A stretch of DNA of 64,000 nt from Mobula hypostoma. Taxonomy: Eukaryota. The stretch spans positions 33,728,001 through 33,792,000 of the forward strand of contig NC_086118.1 in the NCBI RefSeq assembly GCF_963921235.1. Reading direction: 5' to 3'. A program made the position numbers and the translations under genes. Below, piece by piece: positions 1-11,397 of the stretch. How positions within the stretch are numbered: the first letter of the stretch is position 1; the number at the start of each line of letters is the position of its first letter. The notes under the pieces are model-generated. The model was given only the letters and a program-made list of their open reading frames with translations. It had not been told where the DNA came from and made no database searches.

Positions 1-1300
1 CATTTCAACCAGCAGTTTGATTTCTTTTAAAATATACCTCCCGTCACTATTTCAAATCACACAGTATTTTGAGAACTAATCTACAGACTATAAATAAAAG
101 TACCAATTCCTCCCAAACTAATGGCATCATAAACATCCCCTTCCATAAAACTGACTGCCTTTTAAAAATCTGCTCTGCAGTGCAAAGCTTTCAATTGACA
201 ACCATGAGCAACAACGAGACTAAAATCCAGAGAGCGACTCAAAATATCCTGGAAGAAATTCAGCTGACTACTGCAGGCAGGAACAAGACAGGAACAAAGC
301 ATCGTACCCTTCTGCACAAAATAGACTCTTGAGTGAACACCAGCTCAAGTTGAAATACAAACATCCTATTTGTTGACAGAAGCCAGATATTTATAGTTAA
401 ATCGTTAACTAGAATATTTATGCATCGTGTTTTTTTTTAAACCCTATCATTTGGCATCTGCACATAATTCCTTGGCTATAAAGCTTTGAGGCAGCTTGCT
501 CTCAATCTGCCTGGAAATCTGTGCTACTACCGGAAGGCGCAGCATAGCAGCCAAAAAATAAACTCCATCTCCCTCACTGCAGGAAACCTTTACTCTGCTT
601 CAAGGGCCAGACTTCCTAAGCTTCAACTCCTCACAAATCAAACAGCCTCTCTCTTATTCAGTTCCCAAAGCCATTCATTGTTAGTTCCTTATTTACCTTC
701 TATCATCTTGTCTCTTACTACCTCCCTAATGCTTTGTAATTCCCTTCAACTCCATATACATTAAGCCAAAGCCTACATTCCTGGCCTCATAAGCACCTTC
801 CTCCCTCCATTGTCCCAGTGTCAGCCATCTTGATTTCACACTCCGAATTCCCCTCGAGTAACCTCTTATTTCTTTTCTTTCTTTAGAACTTCTCAAAATT
901 GTGTTGTGACTGACCAAGCTATTGCTCACCCTGACTAAAAATTAGCTTTTGTCTTCTTGTATCTCTATGTACGAACCTGGGAGGGATTTCTACTTCTGAT
1001 AGTCTGCACAGCTGCATATTACGATGGCAGCTACCGTAAGCTAACAAAGTTAAAACGTGCACCCATTATCACCACCCTCTACCTGCATCATCTTCCACAC
1101 AACCCTGCACAAACCTTCCACATCATTTATCTGATGCCTGGCACTAAATGAACAGAAAATGCCATCAATTAAATACTAGTTAAGAGCAAAGTCGTCATCT
1201 TTGGTCAACAGCCACTGACTGCATCCCTTTCCTTGGTGCCTAGCTTAAAGTGGCACCAGCCCATTTGCAACCTTGGTACAAAATAAATCACTTTACTCAC

Positions 1301-1455
1301 ACTCAAGTGATTTTCAATGTTAATCAGCCATCCGTCAAACTGAAAGTACTGTGCAATCATCACAAGCTTCTCCACCAATGCACAGAAAGACTCCTCATTT
1401 TCCAAGAATGCCTCACAGATTGCAGCCCCATCTTTCCACTCTGTGATGAAAGTTC
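1301..1455 (-). CDS. ENGASE: ENGASE coding exon 5 (GTFITEW...FDGWLINIENHLS) with the catalytic N-x-E motif; gene continues beyond the window start
   Basis: GH85 catalytic motif FDGWLINIE; ttacag acceptor, gtgagt donor; 155 bp. Confidence 0.97.
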
Positions 1456-1640
1456 CTGTAACCAAAACACAAGGATCAAAACACTTTGCCTTTCAAAATA
1501 GTAACAATTTTCCCTGTTTAGTCACAGGGCAAAGACATTTAAAGTTGTACTAATCCGCATACCTAGCTAAAATGTAGATGCCCTATTATTTCTGCAATAG
1601 TACAATAATGCTTTTTTTTCTCAAGTTAGAAATCAAAATG

Positions 1641-4307
1641 GCTATGTAACGTTTTTAGGGATGCAGCTTCAATAGGTAAATTACCACAATCTTTCTATCG
1701 AGCTTCTATTTCCGTAATTAAAAAAGATAAGGATCCTACTGAAATGTGCATCTTATAGGCCTATATCTTTGCTGAATGTGCATTCTAAGATTTTTTCTAA
1801 AATATTGGCAACGAGATCGGAGAATGTATTACCCCAAATTATTTCTGCTGATCAATCTGGATTTATTAAAAATCGTTACTCTTTTTTTAATATTAGGAGA
1901 TTAATGAATATCATTTATACGCCTTCACCCAAAATTCCAGAATGCGTCGTTTCATCGGATGCTGAAAAAGCTTTTGATAGAGTTGAATGGGCATATTTAT
2001 TTAATACCCTTGAGAAATTCAATTTTAGTCCGATATTCATTTCCTGGATTAAACTGATATATTTTACCCCTTCGGCCTCAGTATTTACTAACAACCAAAT
2101 ATCCCCCTTCTTTCATTTATTTTGCGGTACTAGGCAGGGTTGCCCTCTTAGTCCATTACTATTTGATATTGCTTTGGAACCGTTAGCTATTGCCATTCGT
2201 GACTCCCCTAATATATTTGGTATTACTCGTGGAAATGAGACTCATAAATTATCACTATATGCAGATGATCTACTATTATATATTTCTAACCCAGGAAAAT
2301 CTATTCCGGCAGTATTAACTTTGCTTGCTCAGTTTAGTAGCTTTTCTGGTTATAAACTGAACCTAAGTAAGAGCGAACTCTTTCCATTAAATATGCAGGT
2401 TCCTATTTATAGAAATTCTCCATTTAGATTGATTACTGATTATTTTACTTATTTGGGAGTTAAAATTACTAAGAGACATAAGGATCTATTCAATTTCAAC
2501 CTTTTACCATTAATTAATCAGGTTAAACAACTGATTACCAAATGGTCCCCTTTGTCTCTATCATTGATTGGCCGTATTAATGCTATTAAAATGATTATTT
2601 TACCCAAATTTTTATATTTATTTCAAGTGATACCGATTTTTATTCCTAAATCTTTTTTTGATATTATTGACTCTAAAATTTCTTCTTATATATGGCAAAA
2701 TAGAAATCCCAGATTAAGTAAAAAAAACTTACAGAAATCTAAGAAAGAAGGTGGTTTGGCATTGCCTGTCCTAAGATTTTATTACTGGGCAATTAATATC
2801 TGATACTTAATATTTTGGACACAAGATTGGAATATAACTCCAAGCCCACATTGGGTAAACCTTGAAGGCCATTCTGTACAAGGGTTTTCTTTAGCCTCCA
2901 TTTTAGGAACTTCATTGCCCTTTGCACTATCTAAACTGAATAAACAAATCTTCAACCCTATAGTTAAACATACATTGCGAATATGGTTTCAATTTCGTAA
3001 ATTTTTTGGCCTGAATAAATTTATGTTATCAAGTCTTATTAGGTCTAATTTTTTTTTCCAACCTTCGGTAATGGACCAAGCCTTTTTGATATGGAAAACG
3101 AAAGGCATAATATGTTTTCGTGATTTATTTTTGGATAACTGCTTTATGTCTTTTGAGCAGTTATCTGAGAAATTTGATTTGCCTAGATTCCACTTTTTTA
3201 GATACTTACAAATAAGAAATTTTTTAAATATTACGTTGCCTACCTTTCCGACTTCCAATCCTTCTGGCACTCTTGATAAAATTTTAGGCTTTAATCCTTT
3301 GCAGAAGGGATTAATAGCAATAATTTATGATATAATTATGAAATTACAGCCAGATATATCTGATAAAATTAAAAATGAATGGGAAAGGGAACTTCAGCTT
3401 TCCCTACCTACAGAGAAATGGGAAAAAATTTTTCAATTAGTTAGTACTTCTTGTATATGTGCTAAACATACCTTAATACAAATTAAAGTAGTACACAGAG
3501 CTCATATGTCCAAAGATAAACTAGCTCGTTCTTATTCCCATATAAACCCTACTTGTGATAGATGTCACTCTGAAGTGGCTTCTTTAACTCATATGTTTTG
3601 GTCCTGTCCACTTTTGAAAAATATTGGAAAGACATTTTTGATATTATTTCAACAATTCTATGCTTTGATTTAAAACCCCATCCTATTACGGCAATCTTTG
3701 GATTGCCAATGGTAGAACATAGATCTTTGTCTTCTTCAGCCTGTCGAATGATAGCTTTTGTTACTTTAATGGCGAGAAGATCTATTTTGTTGAACTGGAA
3801 GGAAACTAATCCTCCAACTACATTCCAATGGTTTTCTCAAACCATATTAAGTTTAAATCTGGAAAAAATTAGAAGTGATATTTTTGACCCTTCGGTTAAA
3901 TTTGAAGAAACTTGGAAACCTTTTATGCAACATTTTCATATGATGTAATCTGACCTTTCCGAATCTTTTTTCTAAACTTGAATTATATGAGGAGAGGAGC
4001 AGAGTTAATGACATTGTTGAACATGTTCGATATAAGCTGTTGGTCTAGCCCTGTTTTGTTTTTTTTTCCTTGGGGTTTTTTTTTCTTTTTTTTCTTTTGG
4101 GGTTTTTTTTTGTTTATATATATATTTTCTTTTTATTTCTTTTTTAATGTTTAATCTCATTATGAGTTTGGAAGTCTTTTATATCTGTGTTACTTAAAAT
4201 TCATTTTATATATGTTGATGAACATTTTTCCAATCTCTGTACCAACTTTGTTATTGAGTTTGTAATTTTGAAAATTAATAAAAAGATTTTTGAAAAAAAA
4301 GAAAGAA
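1641..4307 (+). mobile_element. 5'-truncated L1-clade LINE ORF2 (RT + CCHC) in ENGASE intron 4, antisense to the gene
   Basis: DAEKAFD, GTRQGCPLSP, YADD and CDRC..H..WSC motifs; A-rich tail; 13-bp TSD AGAAATCAAAATG (1628-1640 and 4308-4320); disabled by a stop at 2801 and a frameshift near 3615. Confidence 0.92.
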
Positions 4308-4859
4308 AGAAATCAAAATGAGTACCGTACAAGAGATCTAAAGAAGATAACTAGAACCACTCAGCGATATTTACAGTCAGTTGGGAAAGAAATTAAAACT
4401 TCCAACCCAATGTTTGCATTGAAAATGGTTCAGAGATTGCACTCCAGTCCATGAAGACAGCAATTAAAATAAGCTAAAAGTCAAAGGGAAAAAAAATTCC
4501 CTCTGAACCATGCCAGCCATAATTCAGTAGTAGTTGGACCAATTTTAGATCAACTAGTAACACTCTAGCTTCTAATCTCAAAAATCTAAGCTAATGTTAC
4601 ACTCAGCTCTCAGGGACTGCTTCCCAATTTAGAGGAATTGCCTTATTGTTCTTCCTTTGACAGAAACGACACCACAAAAATATTTTGAAGAATCGGGAAG
4701 TTTCTCCTGGTATCCTGTGGTTATTATTTATCCACCAATCAACTAAAATAAGAAATGGCTTTCTATGGGAGCCCATTGTTCTCAACTTTACATTTTGAAT
4801 GGATTATACTTGTACTAAATACAGCTCAATAAGATGTCATTTAATTGCAAGTCCTTTGT

Positions 4860-5218
4860 GTCCAAGCTGTCCAAGTTGCATGCCATCTTGGACAATTTCT
4901 CCCATCCACTACATAATATTCTGGTTGGGCACAGGAGTACATTCAGCCAGAGACTCATTCCACCGAGATGCAACACAGAGCGTCATAGGAAGTCATTCCT
5001 GCCTGTGGCCATCAAACTTTACAACTCCTCCCTTGGAGGGTCAGACACCCTGAGCCAATAGGCTGGTCCTGGACTTATTTCATGATTTACTGGCATAATT
5101 TACATATTACTATTTAACTATTTATCATTTTATTACTATTTAATTATTTATGGTGCAACTGTAATGAAAACCAATTCCCCCAGGATCAGTAAAGTATGAC
5201 TATGACTACTATGACTAT
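4860..5218 (+). mobile_element. Rex-Babar LINE 3' end
   Basis: HPLH...TERHRKSFLPVAIKLYN C-terminus; (ACTATG)n tail. Confidence 0.75.
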
Positions 5219-5300
5219 TGTCTTCACATTGAGAAACGTGTTCTTTTATGGCTAAGTGATGCACGGCTGCATTTTAGTTGCGAAATCCATCAATATTTAC

Positions 5301-5449
5301 CTAGAACAGCAACACCGTGTTTATGTGCAGCATTGGTCCAGCAGACCGGTGGGATTGTCACCATTTGGTGACTGAAGTATACGAAGATGTCTATATACAC
5401 CCAATGGTAAAAGGTGAAAGGATTCTCATCAGACGTGCCTTGTATATAC
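5301..5449 (-). CDS. ENGASE: ENGASE coding exon 4 (YIQG...FYHWVYIDIFVYFSH...WTNAAHKHGVAVL)
   Basis: Strong match to the GH85 motifs FVYFSH and IPPxxWTNxAHxHGV; ttttcag acceptor, gtaaat donor; 149 bp. Confidence 0.97.
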
Positions 5450-5679
5450 CTGAAAATAAAGCAATGCATTAGCACCAAAACTGTCAGGAGTTTAAAGAGA
5501 AAATTTGAGATGGATATGATGCTGCATCTAAACATATAACTGCATTGTTTGATAACATGGAGCTGCAATATATGACAAATAACACTATTGCTACCTTGGA
5601 TTAAAATGGAAGTAGAATTGTTTTTCTTTTCAAAGTAAGTGGCAGCAGCACAATGGGAGGGCACATGTGATCAGCAAAT

Positions 5680-6540
5680 CTGCAGAAGACACCAAGATTG
5701 GGGGTGTGGTGGACAATGAGGGAGGCTGTCAAAGCTGGCAGTGTGATCTCAATCAGCTGGGGAAATGGGCTGAAAAATAGCAGGTGGATTTTAATTCATG
5801 TAAGTGTGAGATGTTGCACTTTGGAAGGACGAAACAAGGTAAAACATACAGTGTCTTATGGTAAGGCTTCGAACAAGGAAACTTGGGAATATAGATTCCT
5901 AATACCTTGAAAGTGGTATGACAGGCAGAGAGGTTCATAAAGAGCTTTTGGCACATTTGGGCTTCTTAAGTCAAGGCACTGAGTACAGGAGTTAGGATGT
6001 TATGTATAAGTTGTATAAGACATTGGTGAAGCCAAATTTGGAGTATTGTGTGCAATTCTGGTCACCTACCTAGAGAAAAGATACAAGATTGAAAGAGTAA
6101 ATTTACAAGGTGTTGCTGGGACTTAAGCACCTGAGTTATCGGGAAAGGATGAACAGGTTAGGACGTTATCCCCTGGAGTGTAGGAGAATGGAGGAAGATC
6201 TTACAGAGGTATACAAGATTATGAGGGGCATAGACAGGGTGAATGCATGCAGGCTTTTGTCTCCAGAACTAGAGGTCACAGGTTCAGGATGAAGGGTAAA
6301 ACTTTTTAAAGGGAATCTGAGGGGAACTTCCTCAGAGGGTGGTATGAGTATGGAAGGAGTTACTATCATAAGTGGTAGATGCAAGTTCACTTGTTACATT
6401 TAGGAGAAGTTTAGATAGGAACATGGATTGAGGGGTGGGGGGGCATAGAGAGCTATGATCCAGGTGCAGATTGAAGGGATCAGACTGAAGACCAGGCAAG
6501 CACAAACCAGATGGGCCAAAGGTACTCTATGACTCTATGA
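5680..6540 (+). mobile_element. Degraded CR1 LINE 3' fragment
   Basis: LSYRERMNRLG..LECRRM..DLTEVYKIMRGID remnant; CR1 3' UTR. Confidence 0.8.
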
Positions 6541-6595
6541 CAACATAGGTATTTTTCTCCATCTATTACCAAACCTCGATACTAAAGACCGTCTG

Positions 6596-6751
6596 CTTAC
6601 TAGCTCTTCCTTCAGTTAGTCCTGACGAGGGGTCTCGGCCCGAAACGTCGACTGTACCTCTTCCTAGAGATGCTGCCTGGCCTGCTGCGTTCACCAGCTA
6701 CCTTTATGTGTTTTGCTTGAAATTCCAGCATCTGCAGATTTCCTCGTGTTT
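6596..6751 (+). mobile_element. Penelope-like element terminal repeat fragment
   Basis: Same family as the copies at 7707, 21869, 33463 and 50962; contains a hammerhead core. Confidence 0.75.
6618..6653 (+). ncRNA. Minimal type I hammerhead ribozyme
   Basis: agtc-CUGACGA-GGG(gucucgg)CCC-GAAA-CGUC-gacu: both conserved core boxes, stems I and II, palindromic ACGU stem III, GUC cleavage triplet. Confidence 0.75.
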
Positions 6752-7706
6752 ACTGTAATTATTGCCTATCAAGGAAGATTCTAGTTATAATTTATTAGTA
6801 TTTCTTGCCTGAAGAATCCAAATGAATATTACTTTATAAAAATACCTCTTAAAAAGGTATTCCAAAAATAAAGTATGCTCTGGATGAAGTGCATCTTTGA
6901 AATTCTGGGCCATTGGGTAAAGAATTGTTTGGATTTTCTTTTAAAAACTGTTTGGTGAGTGAAGCACTGAAATGGCAAGGGAGGATATTTTAGGATATCT
7001 GGTGTTTGCAGAGGTCACTGTGTGCTGCAAATCAAGGTAAGAAAATAGGTAAAGAAATGCTGTGTACGTAGCAAGGGTACATTAAAAAGGTCCCTTACAA
7101 AATCAACAGGTAAATCAGCAAAGAGAAGTCTGAACCTTCTGTAAAGGAGAGTATTTTACTCAATTCTTGAAAGTATAGAGAAAAATTTATATTCCTCAGG
7201 TTTTTGGATTTTAAAAAGAAACTCTCAAGCAGTTAGTTTTGCCTTTTTTCCTACATTGAAGGACCTACAGATCCAATATTTCTCCTCAAAAGGAAAAACA
7301 CTGATAAACTATTTCCACTTGCTCCAGCCCTTTAAAATCTCTACCCTGATAGAAATCACCTCCTCTACTATCCCAAGCTAAAAACACATGCACTCTTGCC
7401 TTCAACAATGTTCATTATTAATATCACTTAAGTGAGCTCTTAATTCTCCTCTCTGCCATTGAGCAAAAAGTCCGTACTAACTGCCTACTTTACTCCACTA
7501 ATTCAAAGGTAAAGTTATTTCATTGCAACTTGTTGCACGATATGCACGTCATTGGACTAGCAATCCAGAGGGCTGGACCAACACGGCAGCAGTTCAAATC
7601 TGACCACCACAATTAGAAACTTTAAATTTAGGTAAGTACATTTAAAAATAAAGAAAACCTATATTAATAACCAGGATTAGGAACTCACCAGACTGCCATA
7701 AACATC

Positions 7707-7921
7707 CAACACACATCAAAGTTGCTGGTGAACGCAGCAGGCCAGGCAGCATCTATAGGAAGAGGCGCAGTCGACGTTTCAGGCCGAGACCCCTGACGAA
7801 GGGTCTCGGCCTGAAACGTCGACTGCGCCTCTTCCTATAGATGCTGCCTGGCCTGCTGCGTTCACCAGCAACTTTGATGTGTGTTGCTTGAATTTCCAGC
7901 ATCTGCAGAATTCCTGTTGTT
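7707..7921 (+). mobile_element. Fold-back Penelope-type insertion: perfect 86-bp inverted repeat plus 35-nt tail
   Basis: 7707-7792 is the exact reverse complement of 7801-7886, loop CTGACGAA; TSD TGCCATAAACATCCA (7694-7708 and 7922-7936). Confidence 0.88.
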
Positions 7922-8159
7922 TGCCATAAACATCCATCAGGTTTACAATTTCCTTCAGGATTGAAACTATACCATTACCCAGCTTGGCCTCGGTAGGACT
8001 CCTGCTGTCTCCTGAAGTGGCTCAGTAGCTATTCAGCACAAGGGAAATTAAAAATTGGCAATAACTCCTGGCCTTGCCAGAGGTACCAACATTCCACTGG
8101 ATAAATTACTAAGGAGAACATATCAAAAATAATATTTACACACAAACATAGCTAAGTTA

Positions 8160-9425
8160 CAGTGAGCAACAGGGGACTGAGGATTGCAATAGAACAGAGG
8201 GATCTGGGAATATAGATCTATAATATCGTTAAAGTGGCATCATAGGTTGATAGGGTCCTAAAGAGAGCTGTTGGCACATTGGCCTTCATAAGTTGGGGCA
8301 TTAAGTACAGGAGTTGGGATGTTATGCTGATGTTGTATAAGACGTAGGTGACGCAAATTTGGAGAATCTATCCAGTCAGGACTTCCTGTTAGATAGCAGC
8401 ATGGTCTGACTCAGCGGCTTCTACAGGATCGACAAAAGGTGTGATTAACTTTTTTAAACATTTTTTCCCCCAAATCACAAGACCTTGCTGGATGTTGGTG
8501 GTGTGGAATATTGCAAGTCCAATTCCTTGGTTTATTGGTGAACGTGGATTGTAGTGAGGACTACGCCTCAAATCACCCGCTTGCAGCCATCCCGAAGGAG
8601 ACATCGGAGCCGAGCGCTCCACTGGAGGGCCACAGACAGAGTGGCGTGGCATCCATGCTGGAGTCGGTGATACCTCCCAGAGTTCACTTAGCAGAAGCTC
8701 AGCTACATTGTGTTTGACTATGGACTACTGCAGCATTCATGGACTCAAGGACTTCCGCTATATTTCTGTATTTTACTGCCATCTTACATCTGCTATGTAT
8801 GACTTGCACTGTATGTGATTGTTGGTACTGTGCTTTGTACCTTGGCCCTGGAGTAATGCTGATTCGTTTGACTGCATTCATGGGAATTCATGCAGGGTTG
8901 AATGACTATTAAACTTGAACTTGAATATTGTGTGGCATTTCTGATCACCTACATGAAAGGTGATCACCTACATAAGGTAGAAAGAGTACTGAGAAAATTT
9001 ACAAGTATGGTGCCGGGACTTGAGGACACAAGTTCTGAAGAAAGGTTGAATGAGGTAGGACTTTTTCCTCCTGGAGTGTAGGAGAATGATTTGATAGAGG
9101 TAAATTATGAGGGGTATAGATGGGGTAAATACAAACAGGCTTTTTTTTTTAACTGAGGTTGTGTAAGGCTAGAATGAGAGGTTAAGGGTGAAAGGTGAAA
9201 TATGTAAGGGGAACCGGAGGAGGAACGTCTTCACTCGGTGGACAGAGTGTGGAACCAGCCATCAACGGAAGTGGTAGATGCGGGTTCAATAGCAGCAGTT
9301 AAGAAAAATTTGAATAAGTACCTGGATGGGAGGGGTATGGTCCAGATGTGGTCGATGGAACTAGTTTGGTACTGATTAGGTGGGCCGAAGGGCCTGCGTC
9401 TGTGCTGTAGTGCTTTATGACGCTA
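8160..9425 (+). mobile_element. Degraded CR1 3' fragment interrupted by another repeat (about 8370-8925, (AACTTG)n tail)
   Basis: CR1 RT C-terminal remnants and 3' UTR on both sides of the insert. Confidence 0.65.
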
Positions 9426-9595
9426 CATATTAGTCATGCAGATTAATATAAAATCACCGACGTTATCAACACCACCATAACAATCCATTTTTGTGTTAAG
9501 GGACAGATTACTTGGGTTCACTATAAAACAGTGCGAAGTGAATTACACACTCACTCTCAGGCCAATGACCAGACATGGTATGTTTACAGACGCAC

Positions 9596-9800
9596 CTGTC
9601 ACTCAGGTATCCGCCAGCCATATCATGACAGACCAGCGTCCTTGGCCGATTACACTGCAGAGGAGGCTGTCGCGGAGCTAAGGGGATAACGGCTCTGTTG
9701 AATTGATCGTCTTGAATAGAGGGCTGCCACAATTTCAGTTGCTCGAGTGATGGAATGTAAAAGCTGACTGGTACAGTGGTGTCAGGGTCGTAGCAAAAGC
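9596..9800 (-). CDS. ENGASE: ENGASE coding exon 3 (FCYDPDTT...PRTLVCHDMAGGYLSD)
   Basis: GH85 motif CHDMxGGY; ag/gt boundaries; 205 bp, phase 1/2. Confidence 0.95.
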
Positions 9801-10254
9801 CTACACGTAACAAAGAATTCAAAACAATTAGTAGCCTTATCTCTAATTTACACATGGCAGTACACCTTAAACACTAGAATGATTTATTAAAATTCATAGC
9901 AATACATCAAGACCAGGATGAGGTGACCTGCAAGCACAATGTCCTTGAACCAGGCTTTAGGCATTGCCCATACAATATTAAAGTTTCTTTTCTCTATTGG
10001 ATACAATCTTACTTCATGAAAAGAGCTGAATATATTCGGCCTAGAAAACAAATGCATTTTCTCAACCTTCCAGCCCTTGAAGTTAAACAAATTCAAAGAC
10101 AACAACATTTCAAATGCAAGTAGCTCAGAAATTCACAATACATGGATTTCCATCACAGGTCAGATTTCTTCAAAATGTTCCTGTTTCTGCTCCTCGGATT
10201 GGAGAAACTTGTCCCAAATGCCACCAGGACACAGCAGCTGGTGTAAGGGTGACA

Positions 10255-10620
10255 TTCCAGTCCTGATGAAGGGTATGAGCCCAAAACATCAACTCTTTAT
10301 TCCCCTCCATAGATGCTGCCTGACTTCCAACATTTCCTCCAATGGTGTTCCTCCTCCATTTTGTATGTGTTACTCTGGATTTCCAGCAAATACAGAACCT
10401 CTTCTGAAAAAGGATCTAGTGCTTTCTCGGCGTATACGATGAATACACTCTTCTCGGGTTTCATGCCAGCTACAGGTATCAATTAAGATCGATGTTTCAA
10501 TGACAAAACTCTGCCATCTTCAGCAGAGAAGATGCCTGGGCACGTCTAGTCCGGTGGTATTTATACCCCCTTAGTCCATCCCTCCTGATTGGTTAGTCCT
10601 CATCTCTTCTGCTTACCGTC
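10255..10620. mobile_element. Two old Penelope-like terminal fragments with degenerate hammerhead motifs (10263 on +; about 10488-10530 on -)
   Basis: CTGATGA..AAAACATC on +; CTGAAGA-TGGCA..TGTCA-TT-GAAACATC on -. Confidence 0.5.
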
Positions 10621-11397
10621 AGCCAAGCAAATCACATTCACAGCACAGAACGGGCACAGCTAGTACTGACGTCACACAGCGCCAGAGGCCCAAGTTCAAT
10701 CCTGAGCTCGGCCACTGTTCTTGTGGAGTTTGCATGTTCTTCCTGTGATCACGTGGGTTTGATGTGGCGAAACGTAGATTGTTCACTTCTCTCCATAGAT
10801 GGTGCCTGACCCTCTGAGCTCCCCCACCATTTTGTGTGTGTTGATCTGGATTCTCCCGTTTCCTCACACGTCTCAAAGGCATGGAAGTTAGTAACTGGTG
10901 GTAGCTGAATGGTAGAATCTGAGGGCAGTTGATGAGAAGATGGGAAAAATAATAATGAGATGAGTGTAGCTGGACACTTGCTTGGACATATTTCTCCTCC
11001 CTATTCAACTAACCCCAGGGCGGCCCAAGTACCTTTCTTTCAGTCCCACCTCTTCCTCAACCACAAGCACCTCGCTGTCAGCACCATTCCTTGATTAAGT
11101 TAAATTCCGTGTGAATATTACTCACAGCCAGATGTATCTCTTCACAAACTTGGAGATGAAGGTAAAGGAGGACAAGGGGCCATGCATTGGGAGTGATATG
11201 AAGAATGGACCCAGGGCCCTTCAGATCAGCAAAGAGAGGGGACAAAATACAGATTATCTAATAATCAGGAAAATAATTAACTAATTTAAAAGAATTTCAA
11301 ACTATCACCCATTACAAATCAAATTATTCAACTATTTCAATCTGGTTCTTCACTCAGGTAATGGATACAACTAGTTATTACTTACGTAATATTAAGA

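Noticed and set aside
7707-7886. miRNA precursor or classical MITE
   Set aside because: It is a repeat-derived perfect palindrome with an asymmetric tail and long variable TSDs, which indicates retrotransposition.
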